A stretch of DNA of 61,210 nucleotides, the filler included, from Jimgerdemannia flammicorona (lineage: Eukaryota), in NCBI GenBank assembly GCA_003990765.1. It is 3 parts of 3 records of this genome, joined end to end, with 100 filler letters (N's around TTAATTAATTAA, not from the genome) between each part and the next. Parts side by side here need not be neighbours in the genome. Positions count along the whole stretch, not along the records: positions 20,445 to 40,779 come from RBNJ01001706.1; 2 more parts are not named here. One strand, given 5' to 3'. Made by a program: the position numbers and the translations under genes. This document shows, in pieces, positions 25,053 to 38,100 of the stretch. Positions within the stretch are counted from its first letter, which is position 1. The number at the start of each line of letters is the position of its first letter. The notes beneath the pieces are model-generated. The model worked only from the letters and a program-made list of their open reading frames with translations. It did no database searches and was not told where the DNA came from.

Positions 25053-26768
25053 ATGGGTCAATCTCTGTCCAGATTCGCGCTCAAGCACAAGGAAGACCGC
25101 TGCGAAAATCCTGTCCCAGAAGTAACATCCAATGACAAGCCGCCTACCAAATACTCGCACGGGGACCCAATTCCCCAAGACTCCAAGGTCATCGATGGTC
25201 TCATTTTCAAAAATTCTGGGAGCGTTTACCCGCTACCGAATGACAAGTCTGAGTATGGCCGCTTGAAAAACCTGCACTATCTTGTCCGGTGAGCGATTTG
25301 TCGGCGGCTAGTTTGCGTTCCACTGCGACATGATGTTTTTGTATTGAAAACCCGGCCGTTAAGAGTGTTTTGTGAGTTGGTTGGGACGAGGTGTAACTAT
25401 AGAGGCGTTGACATAAAGACTACAAAAACTGACTAACTTTCACATCCGGAAATTAGCTATATCTTCCAGAGGTAATAATTGATATTTAAACACCCCATAT
25501 AGAATGTATGCTTTGATAACCATTATTTATTCATACCCGATCCTTCTGTTTGTAGTAATTACCAAGCACCTGTCACGGAAGACCTGAAACGCGGAATAAA
25601 AGTTCTCGACGCTGGGTGAGGCCTCCTATCATTTATTCCACCAGTGACTAACTCCGCACGTACTAATAGGAATCTTTCTTCACCTATCAGCTGCGGCACC
25701 GGCGTCTGGGCTATCGTAAGTACCCTGCCCAATATCCTGCTCACATATCAATTATTCTACCCGACTGACCCCCCTTCCCACTTCCCCGCCTCGCCTTCAA
25801 CCACTACAAAGGAGCTCGCTACTGAGTTTCCGAATTCGACCTTCATTGGCACCGACATTACGAATGTTTTCGCCGGGTCGTTGGAAACCGTGCCTTCCAA
25901 CTGTACTTTCCTCGAGGCCGACACGACCAAGCGCCTGCCATTTGATGACAACACATTCGACTACGTATTCCAGCGGTTTCTGAATGCGTGTTTCGCGAAA
26001 GCAACGTGGCCTATTGTTATCAAAGAGCTAATAAGAGTGTGCAAGCCTGGTGGTTTTGTGGAGCTGCGTAAGTGTTTTTTATTTACTTATTTTATTTATC
26101 TTCTTTTCCTCATACGACGTTTGCTAGCTTCTCATGCTCACTTTCCCAACGTTTTTAATCCCTTCAACACGCAGTCGAAAGCACATTCGCGCACGACGGC
26201 GGTCCGGCGATATCAAAGCATTCTGAATTATGTACGTATTCTCCTGTCTTATCTAGCGTTTCATTGTTACATATCACTCACCACATATGATATTGCCTTA
26301 CCTGGCCAACGCTTCCCGCAGTGGCAACCCTCTTCTCCCTCCGCGGTGTCGACGTGACCATTTTCAAGACCCAGGAGTATGTCATCAACGCGGGCCTGGT
26401 CGACGTTCAAAGCTTCTACACGCCCTGGCGGCTCAACTGGGGCCCCGACGAGAAACTTGGCGAGCTGAACGCACAGGTTTGTGCTCCAGTCCAGTTAACT
26501 CTCTCCTTTCAATTCCCTTTGCGCTATTAAAGACTCAATCCTCCCCTTCCTTCAATAGAATTACATGGCAGCGGTTCGCAGCGTCCGCGCAGCTACCAGC
26601 ATAGCCCTTGGCATCGGCGACGACGAGTACGACGAGGTTGAGCGTGGATGCGAAGCCGAGCTACTCGTCCCGGGTGTCGAATACAAGGCAACCAAGACCC
26701 TCTTCTCGCACAATGGTCGAAAGCCCTTCCCCGTCGCAGACGACGCCCAGCCCGAGATACACACATAG
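25053..26768 (+). CDS. Class I SAM-dependent methyltransferase (LaeA-like/Methyltransf_23-25 type), 8 exons
   Basis: Exons 25053-25288, 25457-25471, 25556-25615, 25691-25715, 25812-26067, 26175-26231, 26322-26476 and 26559-26768, all GT-AG and in frame. Motifs YPLPNDKSEYGRL, VLDAGCGTGVWAIELATEFP, LPFDDNTFDYVFQRFL and ELIRVCKPGGFVEL. Confidence 0.93.
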
Positions 26769-28086
26769 CCCCGCTTTATGTGTATGGCCCCTTGCGAAGG
26801 ACCAAATACATAGAGTATTGCCCCGGTCGACGTCACGAGATACGCCTTTTCATTATAAAGAAAAAAATTATGAGAGCAATCATAAGCCTTAAGATGTTTT
26901 ATACTGGTGACAGCCAGAAATGTTGTGATAATAAAACTGTGCTCTATACTCTACTAAAAAAAATGCTGCACATGCAATATTCACTCTGTTCACGAGTTCG
27001 TTACTGGACAACGTCTCGACAGCTGTTTTAGTTCTTCTTTAATGTCATTTTTCTATCGGAAGTTTAAAAAGCGTCCATGGCTATTCCATTGGATGCCGCC
27101 ATTCTGTTAGCTCATTGGTGAAGCAAAATAATATATATTGTATCCAATTAGATCAATTAGATCTAATTTGATTTGATTTAATTTGCTGAAAATACTAAAT
27201 ATATTTATTAAACTAGAATATAATATAGCCAAATTGATTATTAAAATAAATAAAAAAATCTAAATTTAAACTTTATAAAAATTTAATTAAATTTAACTAT
27301 ATTAAATTATAGAATAAATATTATATATTATAATATATAATTTATATTGTAACAGTTGTTCTGAATTAAAAATACCAATAAGAGAGATATTTGATTATAG
27401 TACTTAATTTAATTTTCAATATAGTATAGCATTATAGTTAGTAGTTTTCTGATCTTATAGTTGTAAAATTTGTATAATTATATAAAAAGTACATCTGTAA
27501 GAAACTTATTATTATACATATTGTACAGATAAACAGACCTCACAACTGTATAAAATGACTTCTAGAAAAAAAAAATTTTAACTTAGCTATCTTATAGCTA
27601 GTAAGCTTATATAAATATCTCTAGTATCTAGAGTAAATAAATCTCAGATCAAAATAGTTTAAAAGTAAAGAAACAAGAGAACTAATAAGCCTATAGAAAG
27701 ATATACTTTGAACTCACCCACCCTTATATCTGAGAACTCTGAGGAGTTAAAAAAGATCAAGAATTTAAGATAAAGAAATCTGCTATATTTCTAAAATTGT
27801 ATATCTGCTATATTACAACTTGGTACCTATTAGCTGAAGATTTAAGATAAATTTCTCACTTTTAAGCTAAACAATAAATAACTGCTATAAAAAATAAAAT
27901 AAAATAAAATAAAATAAATAACTACTTTTATCTGAATATATACTTAAATCAAATTAAGATATCTAGATAAGATAGATATGAGACTACCAGTAGTTTATAG
28001 ATATATCTCTGATGAGTCAATTATTATCTTTCTTGATGATTTTAAATAATATACTATAGTAAGAACTCTATCATCTATATAATAAG

Positions 28087-28302
28087 TAGTATTCTTAATA
28101 AGTCCTAATGAGTTGATTAAAATCAGTTCAAGTTATTTTAAATCAACTTGTTAAACTCAACTTTTGACTCAATTCAAACTGATTTCTATTATTTTCTTAT
28201 AATTTAAATTAAGATTCAAGTTAATTAGTTAATTTAGATCAGAATTTGATTTGCTTTAAATTGAGATTTGAGTTGATTTAAATAAACTTATGAGGAGTAC
28301 TA
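28087..28302. mobile_element. 216-bp hAT-type MITE
   Basis: TIR TAGTATTCTTAATAAG / CTTATGAGGAGTACTA with a perfect 8-bp TSD ATAATAAG on both sides. Confidence 0.85.
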
Positions 28303-28329
28303 ATAATAAGTAACTTTTATACTATTCAA

Positions 28330-30468
28330 TTTCTGAGAATCTGCAAGAGCTGTATTCATAGCTATGAATTATAATAAAAACAATGATACTATAATACTGA
28401 TAGCATAGAAGATCTAGTTGTAAACTATCTACTATATAGACAAAATTAAATAGGCTCTGAAGAACTAAATCAATACAACTTGCTAAGAAATAAATAAAGA
28501 TTGGAATATCTTTTATATCTGAATTTACTATTAGATAATTTTGGTCAATTATACTAATATATACATATTATCAGAGTTTAAGTAGCTAAAGTAATCTTCA
28601 TAAAAAGAATTTATTTAGAGATAGCTATAACAATCTGATCATCACCAATAGTTCTAGACTTATATATTACAGAAGGTGACTTATGCTCAGTAATATTAAA
28701 TTGTCATATATTCTCAAGATTATATAATAGAGAGAGTTACTAGTATTAGTATTAAAGTATCTAAGATAACTAGTATAATATTCACAACTATAGTCAATCT
28801 CAACTAAAGGCTATAGAGTAGCAGAGGAAGAGAGACCCTATGAAAGAACTTACTAAGAAGTTTTTAGAAATAACTATATATCTGAGAGATATAGTAAATA
28901 AAATTAGAGAAAGTGGTCATTACCTAGTTTAGAAGTTAACTACTACTATAGACAAGAGAGAAACCTACTATATTTATAGAGAAGAAGGCCACTACTCTTA
29001 CAAATATATGAGCAAGATCAAGTATAAAACTTAGTTAAACAATGCTATCAAAAACTATAAACAGATCAATACTATTATCTTTAAAGAGATTGGAGATTCA
29101 GAAGAAGAATAAGAATAGAAATCATATTCTACTCTAATATCTAAGAAGGATATCTATAAAGAGCCCTATAAGAGACCACCAGAAAGACTTAAGAAAAACT
29201 CAGAAAAACAGTCTATAAAAGGACAGATAGAAGTAACTATAGAAAGTAAAACTAATAGATCAAAATATAGAACTTGAACAAGCAATTGAAGATATAATCT
29301 GAAATAATACTTCTGCCAGCAAAGAAGAAAAAGAGAAGAAGTTATAAGAGCAAGATCTTCAAGTATAATATCTTCAAAGATCCCAATTAGTAAAAAGTCA
29401 ATACAATCTTCAAACAGTTGACAGAAATCTCTACCTCAGATAATAAATGAGACTTAGACTTATAGAAATAATTAATGATCAAGGTTGAAGACTAATAATA
29501 TACAGAAAGACTCTAGTAAAAAAAAGTGAAAAAGATAACTATAAGACCTCTACCTATACTATCTGTCAAATTAAGAATAGGATCTTTGAGACTATTATTG
29601 ATATAAAAGTAGAAAGATATCTTCTAAGTAAGAAAGCTATAAACTACCTAGGTTGGAAAATTGAAAAAGCTAAAAAATTGATATTTCTACCTCTTTGAAA
29701 AAGATCTGAGATATTTTTATTAAGTTTAGAAGAGCAATTATCTTAGAAGATATAATTATTATAAATACTACCAATTATGTTATCCTTATCAGCAATCAGT
29801 GACTTCACAAGACCAGGGTAATAATTGACATAAATGTCCAAAAGATACCAATTGACTACTGAAGACAAAAGATGATAATCTCAATTAATATTAATAAAGA
29901 AGTACTCTCTCAGATAAAGAAAAAAGATGGAAAACAAGAAGAAGTTTATATAATAACTACTCAGAAGAAGAAGAAGGTTGGATGGATCAGTAAAAAAGAT
30001 TGATATAAGAAGATCACTAAAGGATATACTCTACAAGAAGTTTGTCTTTATGAAATTCAGATGTACTAAATAAAGCATATTGATTACTGCTACTATATAT
30101 TGCTAAGATCTATAAAATTTCTTCTGAGAAAAAGAAAAAGAGGCAGAAATAGCAAGAAAAAGAAGACCAGAAAGATGAGCCACCAGCTCTCTTAGAGGAC
30201 TATGATGATGATGAAGAAATCAAAGTCAAAATTTAGATGATCTACTCTGATATAGTCTTACTAAAATATAAGTCAGAAAATGCAGCTGAAATAAATATCA
30301 CTATAGTTGAGAAGACAATTCTAGAATCTCAGACAATTATACTACTGGAAACTGGTCTAGAGATGACTATTCCCAAGAACTATATAGAATACTCAAAACA
30401 AGAAGTAGTTTAGTCAAAAGCAAAATTTCTATTGAAGAAGAAGAGAAATCCTACTTATTACTAAAACC
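28330..30468 (+). mobile_element. Heavily decayed Gypsy gag-protease fragment
   Basis: Degenerate zinc knuckle TYYIYREEGHYSYKY (about 28963-29010) and protease-like FETIID...YLGW (about 29585-29660). A-rich strand bias. Confidence 0.55.
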
Positions 30469-30695
30469 TGCAACCCAGGATCTTAGAAGTGAAAGGGCTG
30501 GGGGAAATGAAAAGAGAAAGGAAAGAATTTGGATCTATAGGAAGAAGAGTTTTTATTAGTATCAGAATTACTGTAATACATATACACCAACAACTGGTGC
30601 CACAGCAATCACTACAGCTGATTATTACCTAACAACCTATATTATAGAAGTCTTGATCACAAAGGTCCTGATCACAAAGGTCCTGATTACAAATG

Positions 30696-30769
<74 letters not shown>

Positions 30770-32989
30770 GTCACTTGGACTGCCCTTTATTACTGAAGTC
30801 TATAGTGTTAACAATACAATGTCACCCCCACTCTCAACCAATGTCCCAGGGGCCTGATTACAAATGTTTTGATCACAAAGTCCTGATTACAAAGATCATC
30901 CATTGTTACCAAATTAGTTGCTCATACTTATTCAGAAATTGTGAACCAACTTGTATAAATATCCCCAGTATTCCATCTGAAATAAAACAGTTTTAGTTCA
31001 GCCCTTAATATAAGAATCAAGTTCCCCATCTCTATATACATTTCTCCTGAGTCTTAGTAATGACACCTAAGTGACTCTAGTGTTTCTGACTAAACTTCAA
31101 AAGCCTAGCTAACTTCTGCCAGAACTAAAGACTAGTATATAAATCCAAAAAGACTTAAGAAAACCCCTTATTAAATCTGAATTATAAGGCAAATTCAGTC
31201 AATATATAAATAAAGAATAAATCCTTTATAACTGTAATTATTAAGAAAGACATTATAGCTATAACTACTTTTAAGCAAGCAATTTCTTATACTGAAGGCT
31301 TCTTGGTACACTTGTATACTAAGTTCCTAAGTAATATCTTATTTTTCTAATTATTCAAAAATAAGAGAGAGGTAGAAATAAGTATTATTACAACTTAGTA
31401 GCAATAGATCACTAAGCTAAGATGATATCAAGAATACACTTCTGTAAATTGGAATTAAAACCAACCTTAACCCCAGAACCAATCATAGATAACTAAGGAA
31501 CAGATCCATAAACCAGAGCTAATTTAGCAATAGCTACTAGGATTAGATAATATTATAATAATACAGACCAAAGGATATACTAGATACAGATCAATCAAAC
31601 TTATCAAGACCTATACAAAATCTTTAAAAACTACCACCCAGGCCTTAGAAATGTAATTAGTCATCATAGGTTTAATGTTCTTATCCATAATATATTAGAG
31701 CTACTAAGATACCAGAATTTACTATTATAGCTATCTAGGAATTTGTTATCTATATTACTTCAGTCTCCCCTATAGTAAGAGTAGTAGCTGAAGAGTGAAT
31801 TGCATCTGATATAATTCACTATACTCCTACTCAAATATCCCTCTATCATCAGTTAGCTATATACTATACCAATACTATTATAGGATATAAGAATAAGTAG
31901 GCAGACCTCTCACCTTCAACCTCTGATCAAGAAGTAGGCCCATCTACTCAATCTGACACTGAGACCCTTTTTGAAGGACCCAGCTAGTATAATAATATAC
32001 TATCTGATCAGAGAAGAGGTTCAGATAAAGATTCTACAAAATATCAGTCAGATGATCACTAACAAGGAACAGTAGATCTAGGAATTTTTCAAGGATCTAT
32101 TGACTAAGAAAATCCAACCTATCAAACTTCAGAACCAACCCAAATACCTATAATATAATTTGGTTTACCCACTCTTATAGGATATTTTGATCTGATCTCT
32201 GAGAACTAAGTAACGCTAAGTTACTCTATACTACAACTACACCAGACAGAGCAATCTTTAAGAGAATGTACCCCCACAGGCCCATAACCAGTAATCAATA
32301 TAATAGTAGATATAAATATTCTAGCCCTAACTGCCCAGCTAGCCACCCTAGCAGATATAGTAAGATAAATTACTAAATAGGACAAACTTACCAAAATCTT
32401 ATAAGTTCTAATATTCAGTAGAAAGAACAGTAATATCAAAACATTCATCAATATAATAGATATAGAATATAGAGTAAATTAATTGAGTCTTTATAAGAAT
32501 TCTCATCAATAATATTAATAGTACCCTTTAATAATTATTTACCACATCAGTGGCTCAAGTAAAAATAGTTGTAATATTCTTTACTGAAATAGCAGCTGAA
32601 TTCTGGTGGATCTTAGAAGAATGCTCAGTAATCTGGAAAACCCATTTTCAGATAAATAGATATATGATTATAAAAAAATAAACTAATAGAAGGACCATAC
32701 AGTAGATCTAGAACTCAAGACTCTACTGCTGAATAAGTTCAGAAATATAGTCTATATATAAGAAACTTAGAACAAACTAGCCTAAATAAAGTTCCATAAG
32801 AATAGTGAGGAGGATATAAAAATCTATATTACTAGGATAGATATCTATCTTAAGACTATAGAACTAATCTATTAAAAAAGCAATCTGACTATCAATAGCA
32901 CCAGGGCTAACCATCTTTTTGCAGCTCTACCAGACTGATGTACTTAGAAGATCAAGGAACAAGGCCTCCCCCAAGGATGCCCACACTAC

Positions 32990-33645
32990 TCTTAGTGTTT
33001 TTTTTATTTTTTATATTTCTCTTCTTTTATAGTAACTTGAACTTCATTCTTTATTACTAAACTAATCTAACTCATATATAATATAAGTGCCTTACCTTTA
33101 TTTAATTCCTCTGAGGGGACCTCCCCCCACCTCTTTCTGATTAAAGGCTACCAAGTCATTAACCACCACAATACTTTCTCTACTTCTTTTACAAATCCCC
33201 TCCACTAGATAATCATAATAATCTCTTTAGAGGCTCTATCCTGTCCACCATCTGGACAGAATATTCTTCATCAACCCTTCCTACCACAGCAGTCACTCCT
33301 CCAAACTCATCTGCCTACTCTTCTCAAATATATATAACTAGTATTTAGCCAGTCCTATCCAAACTACCAAGACCTACTTAATAGTAAGCTACTTATTATC
33401 AATATGTTCTACTAACCATTTCTACAAATTCTCTCACTGATCCTACTTATCATTCACCTTCCACATTACTTCTAAGCAGTTCTTAATTACTATTTAGAAG
33501 TTGCCAAGAACCTTACACTCACCTAGCCAATGTTTAGATATCTATACAAAACTCCCCTCCTATCTTATATTAAAGTACTCTTTATAATTAAAGATTTTGC
33601 TATCTATCAAATAACTTAACCTAAAGTTCAACTACTCATGGTACT
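32990..33645 (-). mobile_element. Decayed 3' LINE fragment with A-rich tail
   Basis: 33510-33595 is the hypermutated reverse complement of 40340-40420. The T-rich tract near 32996-33015 corresponds to the tail. Confidence 0.7.
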
Positions 33646-34019
33646 TTATCTAAATACAAAAAAGAGTCTGCAAAATCCTTATTACTCAGATCTCATAAAA
33701 TTAGAAATATAAGAAAGATAGCTAGGAAAAGAGAAACTCTCTTAGAAGAAATAACTAAAGAGACTAGAAAAATCAGCAAAACCACAGAAGACCAAAATCT
33801 CTCAATGAGGGTGAAAAGAAATAGCTCTATTAAAAAGAATTATACTTTATCTACAAGAAGGCAGAATACATCTCCTTCAGATATCCTAAGAAAAAAAACA
33901 GAGACCTCTCAGATAAATCTAGTAACCAGATCATTACTATTATTAGAGAAGGCTCTAGAGAAAAGAATTCTAAGAATATTATCAAAGTGTAGAAAATTTG
34001 GTATAAGCTACTATTCTCC

Positions 34020-34385
34020 ATCTCACTGATACTGAATATGATCTCTATAGCAGTTATGATCTTATTATTTTACTCAATATTAATGCTATAGTGTATATTG
34101 AGTTTATAATACAAACCTCTAAAAGAACATACATCTATCTGACCAACAAAGCAGCCTGATTAAAGAATTTAATATTGGTTTAAGAGAAGGAGTTATTGAT
34201 CAAGAATTCACTAGAAAAATTTATATCATTCTGTAAAATTTTGATGAGATATCATTTGAAGTCAAAGAAGGTCAAAGAATTGCTCAGGCTATTATTAAAG
34301 TAATTCATTAAGATCTCACTATCAAAGAAGTCCTCAAACTTATCCAGACAGACTATAGTAAAAAAGAATTTTGATCTACTAATAA
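34020..34385 (+). pseudogene. dut: Retroelement dUTPase (family B)
   Basis: TDTEYDLYS (DAGYDL), QSSL (RSGL), GVIDQEFTRKI, EGQRIAQ and TDYSKKEF*ST (RGxxGFGST): all five trimeric dUTPase motifs in order. Confidence 0.85.
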
Positions 34386-35147
34386 ATCCTCTAGTCAAAA
34401 GTTTCTATTATAAAGAAAGTTGATAATGAAAACTAATATAAGAGAATTGTAGATAGTTATATATTATGTAGATAATGTCTTTAATTTATTTGAATATACT
34501 ATATAGAATATGTTAGTAAATATCATATATATCTCTCTAAGAAATATCAAGCCTCACAGACCGAGGAACCAAAACCAGACCATACTCTCTATGAAACTGA
34601 CTTCAAGAAGACTGATAATAATTGAGACAATTGGAACAACAATGATGAAGAGCTCAAAATCATTAAGAAAAAGGAGGACAGTTGTATCAAGTTTATAGGT
34701 CAAGTTTACAGACAAGATATCAATATTCTACTAGATAGCAGTACTATAAAAACCTATATATTACTAAGAAAATTGGAGCCCAAAGCCAGCCAATTACTAA
34801 TAATAGTAAGACTGAACCATTGACCTGAATCTGCAAAAACCTATTACTCAAAATTGACAAATATCAAGAGAAGTTAGACTTTATTATTATAGATCTCCTA
34901 GGAAAAGATATTATTCTAGAAAAAGTATAGTTGACCCAGCACAATCCAGATATTAACTGGAGGCCCAATGAGGTCAATCTAACTATGAAGGAAGAAAGGT
35001 CACTCTAATATCTCAGAAGGGCAATATCTACTAAGAAATTGAGATCATCTTTACTATATAAATAAAGAGACTCTTACATATATAAGAAGAGAAATACCTA
35101 CTATATCTACATAGTATAAGAAGTCACTGAAGCTCTAAGTAACTCCA

Positions 35148-38100
35148 GGCGTTCCAACAGTAACATTTGGGTGACACAAGACTCAGACAACACTTTTTAC
35201 AATGTTTTTGGTGTCCAACGACTAACAACATGGATGGCAATGATCGATCTGGTGAGCATACTGGTCAGGGGGGTGACAGCACCTTTGGCTGGCAGCAGGT
35301 GGAGAGGAGGGGAGATGGTTTGGGGATGCCAGGGGCCTTGATGGCTAGCCGAGGCCCCAGCGGCAGAGGGAGGGGAGGTCTGAGGCAGCGAGGAGGGGAG
35401 AGGTCGACCTTTGCTGACAAGGTCAGGATGGGGAAGATGGCTTCTGGGCTAGATAGTTGGCTGGGCCTGGGGAAGGCATCAATGGCTACTGCTGGGGGTC
35501 AGGGAGGTGCACCCCAGGGTACTTCTGGTAGTAGGGAAGGGGCCAGAGTAGGGGCTGGAGATGTGACTATTGATGGGGCTGTGACTGGGGATCTGGCAAA
35601 AAATCCAGATGTGACAGTGGTTGGCAATTCGGGACTTGGAGTGGGCACGAGGCCTGGGGACCTGGTGGATGGGGTGATGGGCATGGTGTCGGCCCCATTA
35701 CTCAAGAAGTCAAGGTCCGAATTTGTGGTCATGATGTACTTCCGGGGCTTGGCAGTGATGGCGAGGATGATTTTGGGGCTGGTGGCACTGGAGGCTAAGG
35801 GAGCAGCATCGGTGAAGTTCTTGAGGGGGAAGGAAGGGGTTGAGGTGGGGTTTGAGGAGGAAGATGCCTTGTTGGCAGCTATGGAGAAGGGGGTGATGGT
35901 TGGAGGGGTTGTAGTCCCTATGGCCCGGTGTATACGCTGGGATCCCTGGGTGGTACAGTTGACAGTGTTGGATCTTCCTACAGTGTCAAAGGAAAGGACC
36001 AGGGAGTTGGTTATGGAGGTGATCAAGGAGTATGGCAAGATTGTGGATGTTGGGTTTAAGGTCTGGGAGGGCACAGAGCTTAGAACTAGAGACATCAATG
36101 TCAGGGTGAGACTGGCTGGAAAGGAGAATATGGGGAAGTCAAGGGACTGGCCAGCAGCACTGAGGTGGGGACCAGTGGAGTGTAAGATCACTAGGGTGAA
36201 GGGGACTCAGGAGGAGGAGGAGGACCTGTTGGAGGCTCTGGAGGACCTGGAAGGGGCAGTTGTGAGGAGGAGATTAGCCTGGAAGGAGTTTGAGGCCAGG
36301 ATGGTGGTGGGGGAGGTGGATGGGAAGAGGGTTCAGATAGAGAAGGGGGCCTGAGAGAAGATGCAGGGGAGGAGGATTCAGAAGGAGTTGTTGGTGAAGT
36401 TGGGTGAGGGTAGGGCTGGTGGAAGCTCCGGGGAGTGGGCTGCAGGGTTGCAGGAGAGCACCTGGGCTGAAGGGGGAGAGATGGCCCAGAGCAGGGCTCA
36501 GATTGGAGTTGGGGAGGGGAGGGAGGGTAACTTGGAGGTGGATGCTGAAATGGGCGAAGGTGGGCGCCCTCAGTATAGTGTTCCGAATGGAGTGGGAGGC
36601 GAGGAGGAGCTGATGGATGTGCCGGATGAGGAGTGGAATGAGTCAGTGAGGAGGAGTGTGCTGGTGGACCCCAAGGTGGATGGGGGACAAATTGCTCAGG
36701 GGGCAGCGGAGGCGGTAGATGAGGAGAAGTGGATGTGGAAGACCCTGGAAGGGGTAGCAGCTGAAGAGCTGGGGAGTGAGGACTTCAGGGTGATGGAGGA
36801 GAGGCATTGGGAGGAGATTCTACATGGGGAAGAGGTGCCGAGAAAGATGAGGAATGAGATACTGGCTGTCCTCCTGGAGTCTGTTGAGTATCAGATTGAT
36901 GATCAGCAAGAGGAGGAGCTTAGAAGGATTGCAAGTGACAGGGCACTTGTCTTGTGGAACTCAAGGAAGGGACTAGAGAAGTGGCACACAGTCTGCTTGG
37001 ATTACAGGGTAGATATGGAGGAGGTGAACAGGGTGGAGTGTCAGGAAATCTTGGGGGCACTGGATGCTCAGGATATTGCGGAGGGTGAATTGGAAGCTGA
37101 GCAGCTCTTAGACTTGGTGAGGGATGAGATGAGTATGGAATTATAGGTTGAGGTCTCTTCTACAATGTCTACTCAATATGAACAGTACAACTAGGATATT
37201 CTTATTGAATGTTAATAGGTTATAGGGGGCGGCTAGGAGGAAGTACATCTTTGGTTGGCTTCAGGGTCTGGATGCAGACCTCTTCTTGTTACAGGATGTT
37301 CGGTATGATGCAGATGTGGATTTACAGGATTGGACTAAGAAATGGGAGGGTGCAGAAGTTTGGAGGGGAAAAGTGGGTATTCTTGTTTGGAAAGGGATGG
37401 GGGACATTGGGGACATTGGACATTGGGGGTCGCGGGTGGTGTGGGGAGTATGGAAGAGGCCTGGATGGGGCTTGCTGACGGTTGGGTCTTGTAACTGCCC
37501 AGCTGAGAGAGAGGAGAGGGTGGATTGGATTCACAGATTGAAAGAGGCTGGTTTATTGGGAGAAGTTGGGTTTGACTATATGGGGGGGGACTTCAACATG
37601 GTGTGGGATAAGGAGTTGGACAGAACTGATGGAGGGAGAGACATGTGAGGTGAAAGTGGTGGGTTGGTGGACTGGTTGGAGATGGAAAGGTTGTGTTCTT
37701 TAGTGGACTCAGGAAGACATTTTTGGGCTGATCGGTGGGTGTATACCTATTGGGCAGCAGGACTGGGCTCTAGGATTGACTGGGTTCTACAGCAGAGTGT
37801 TGGGGAGTAGATGTCTGGATGGTGCTGGGAGTCATATGGTGTCCATGGTCTGATTACTGGGGGTTGCTTGGAGGGGGGAGGTTTGGGGGAAATGAGGATG
37901 GGCCCGGACATTGGTGGCTAAATTCTTCCTTATTGGAGGATAAGGCATTGTGGGAGGGTTGGGAAACAGAGGTGGTTGGAGATATCAGCAGATGGCAGGA
38001 TCAAGGACTGGCAATTGGGGACCGTTGGAGAAGGTTGAAGGTGAAGGCTCAGAGGTATTGAAGGGAAGTGGGGAAAGGAAAGAGTGCTCAGCGAAGGCGG

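Larger units (their letters stand above)
30469..35147 (+). mobile_element. Gypsy-like family B: putative LTR, gag, dUTPase, protease; cut by a LINE insertion
   Basis: Putative LTR 30469-31056 (TGCAACCCAGGA...TCCTGAGTCTTA), dUTPase motifs at 34020-34385, and protease ILLDSST...DIILEKV*LTQHNPDINW at 34700-34962. Confidence 0.65.

Noticed and set aside
30698..30766. Long poly-T (also 13773-13807 and poly-A 21323-21382) as functional elements
   Set aside because: Homopolymer lengths are unreliable in assemblies; most likely retro-tails or slippage.
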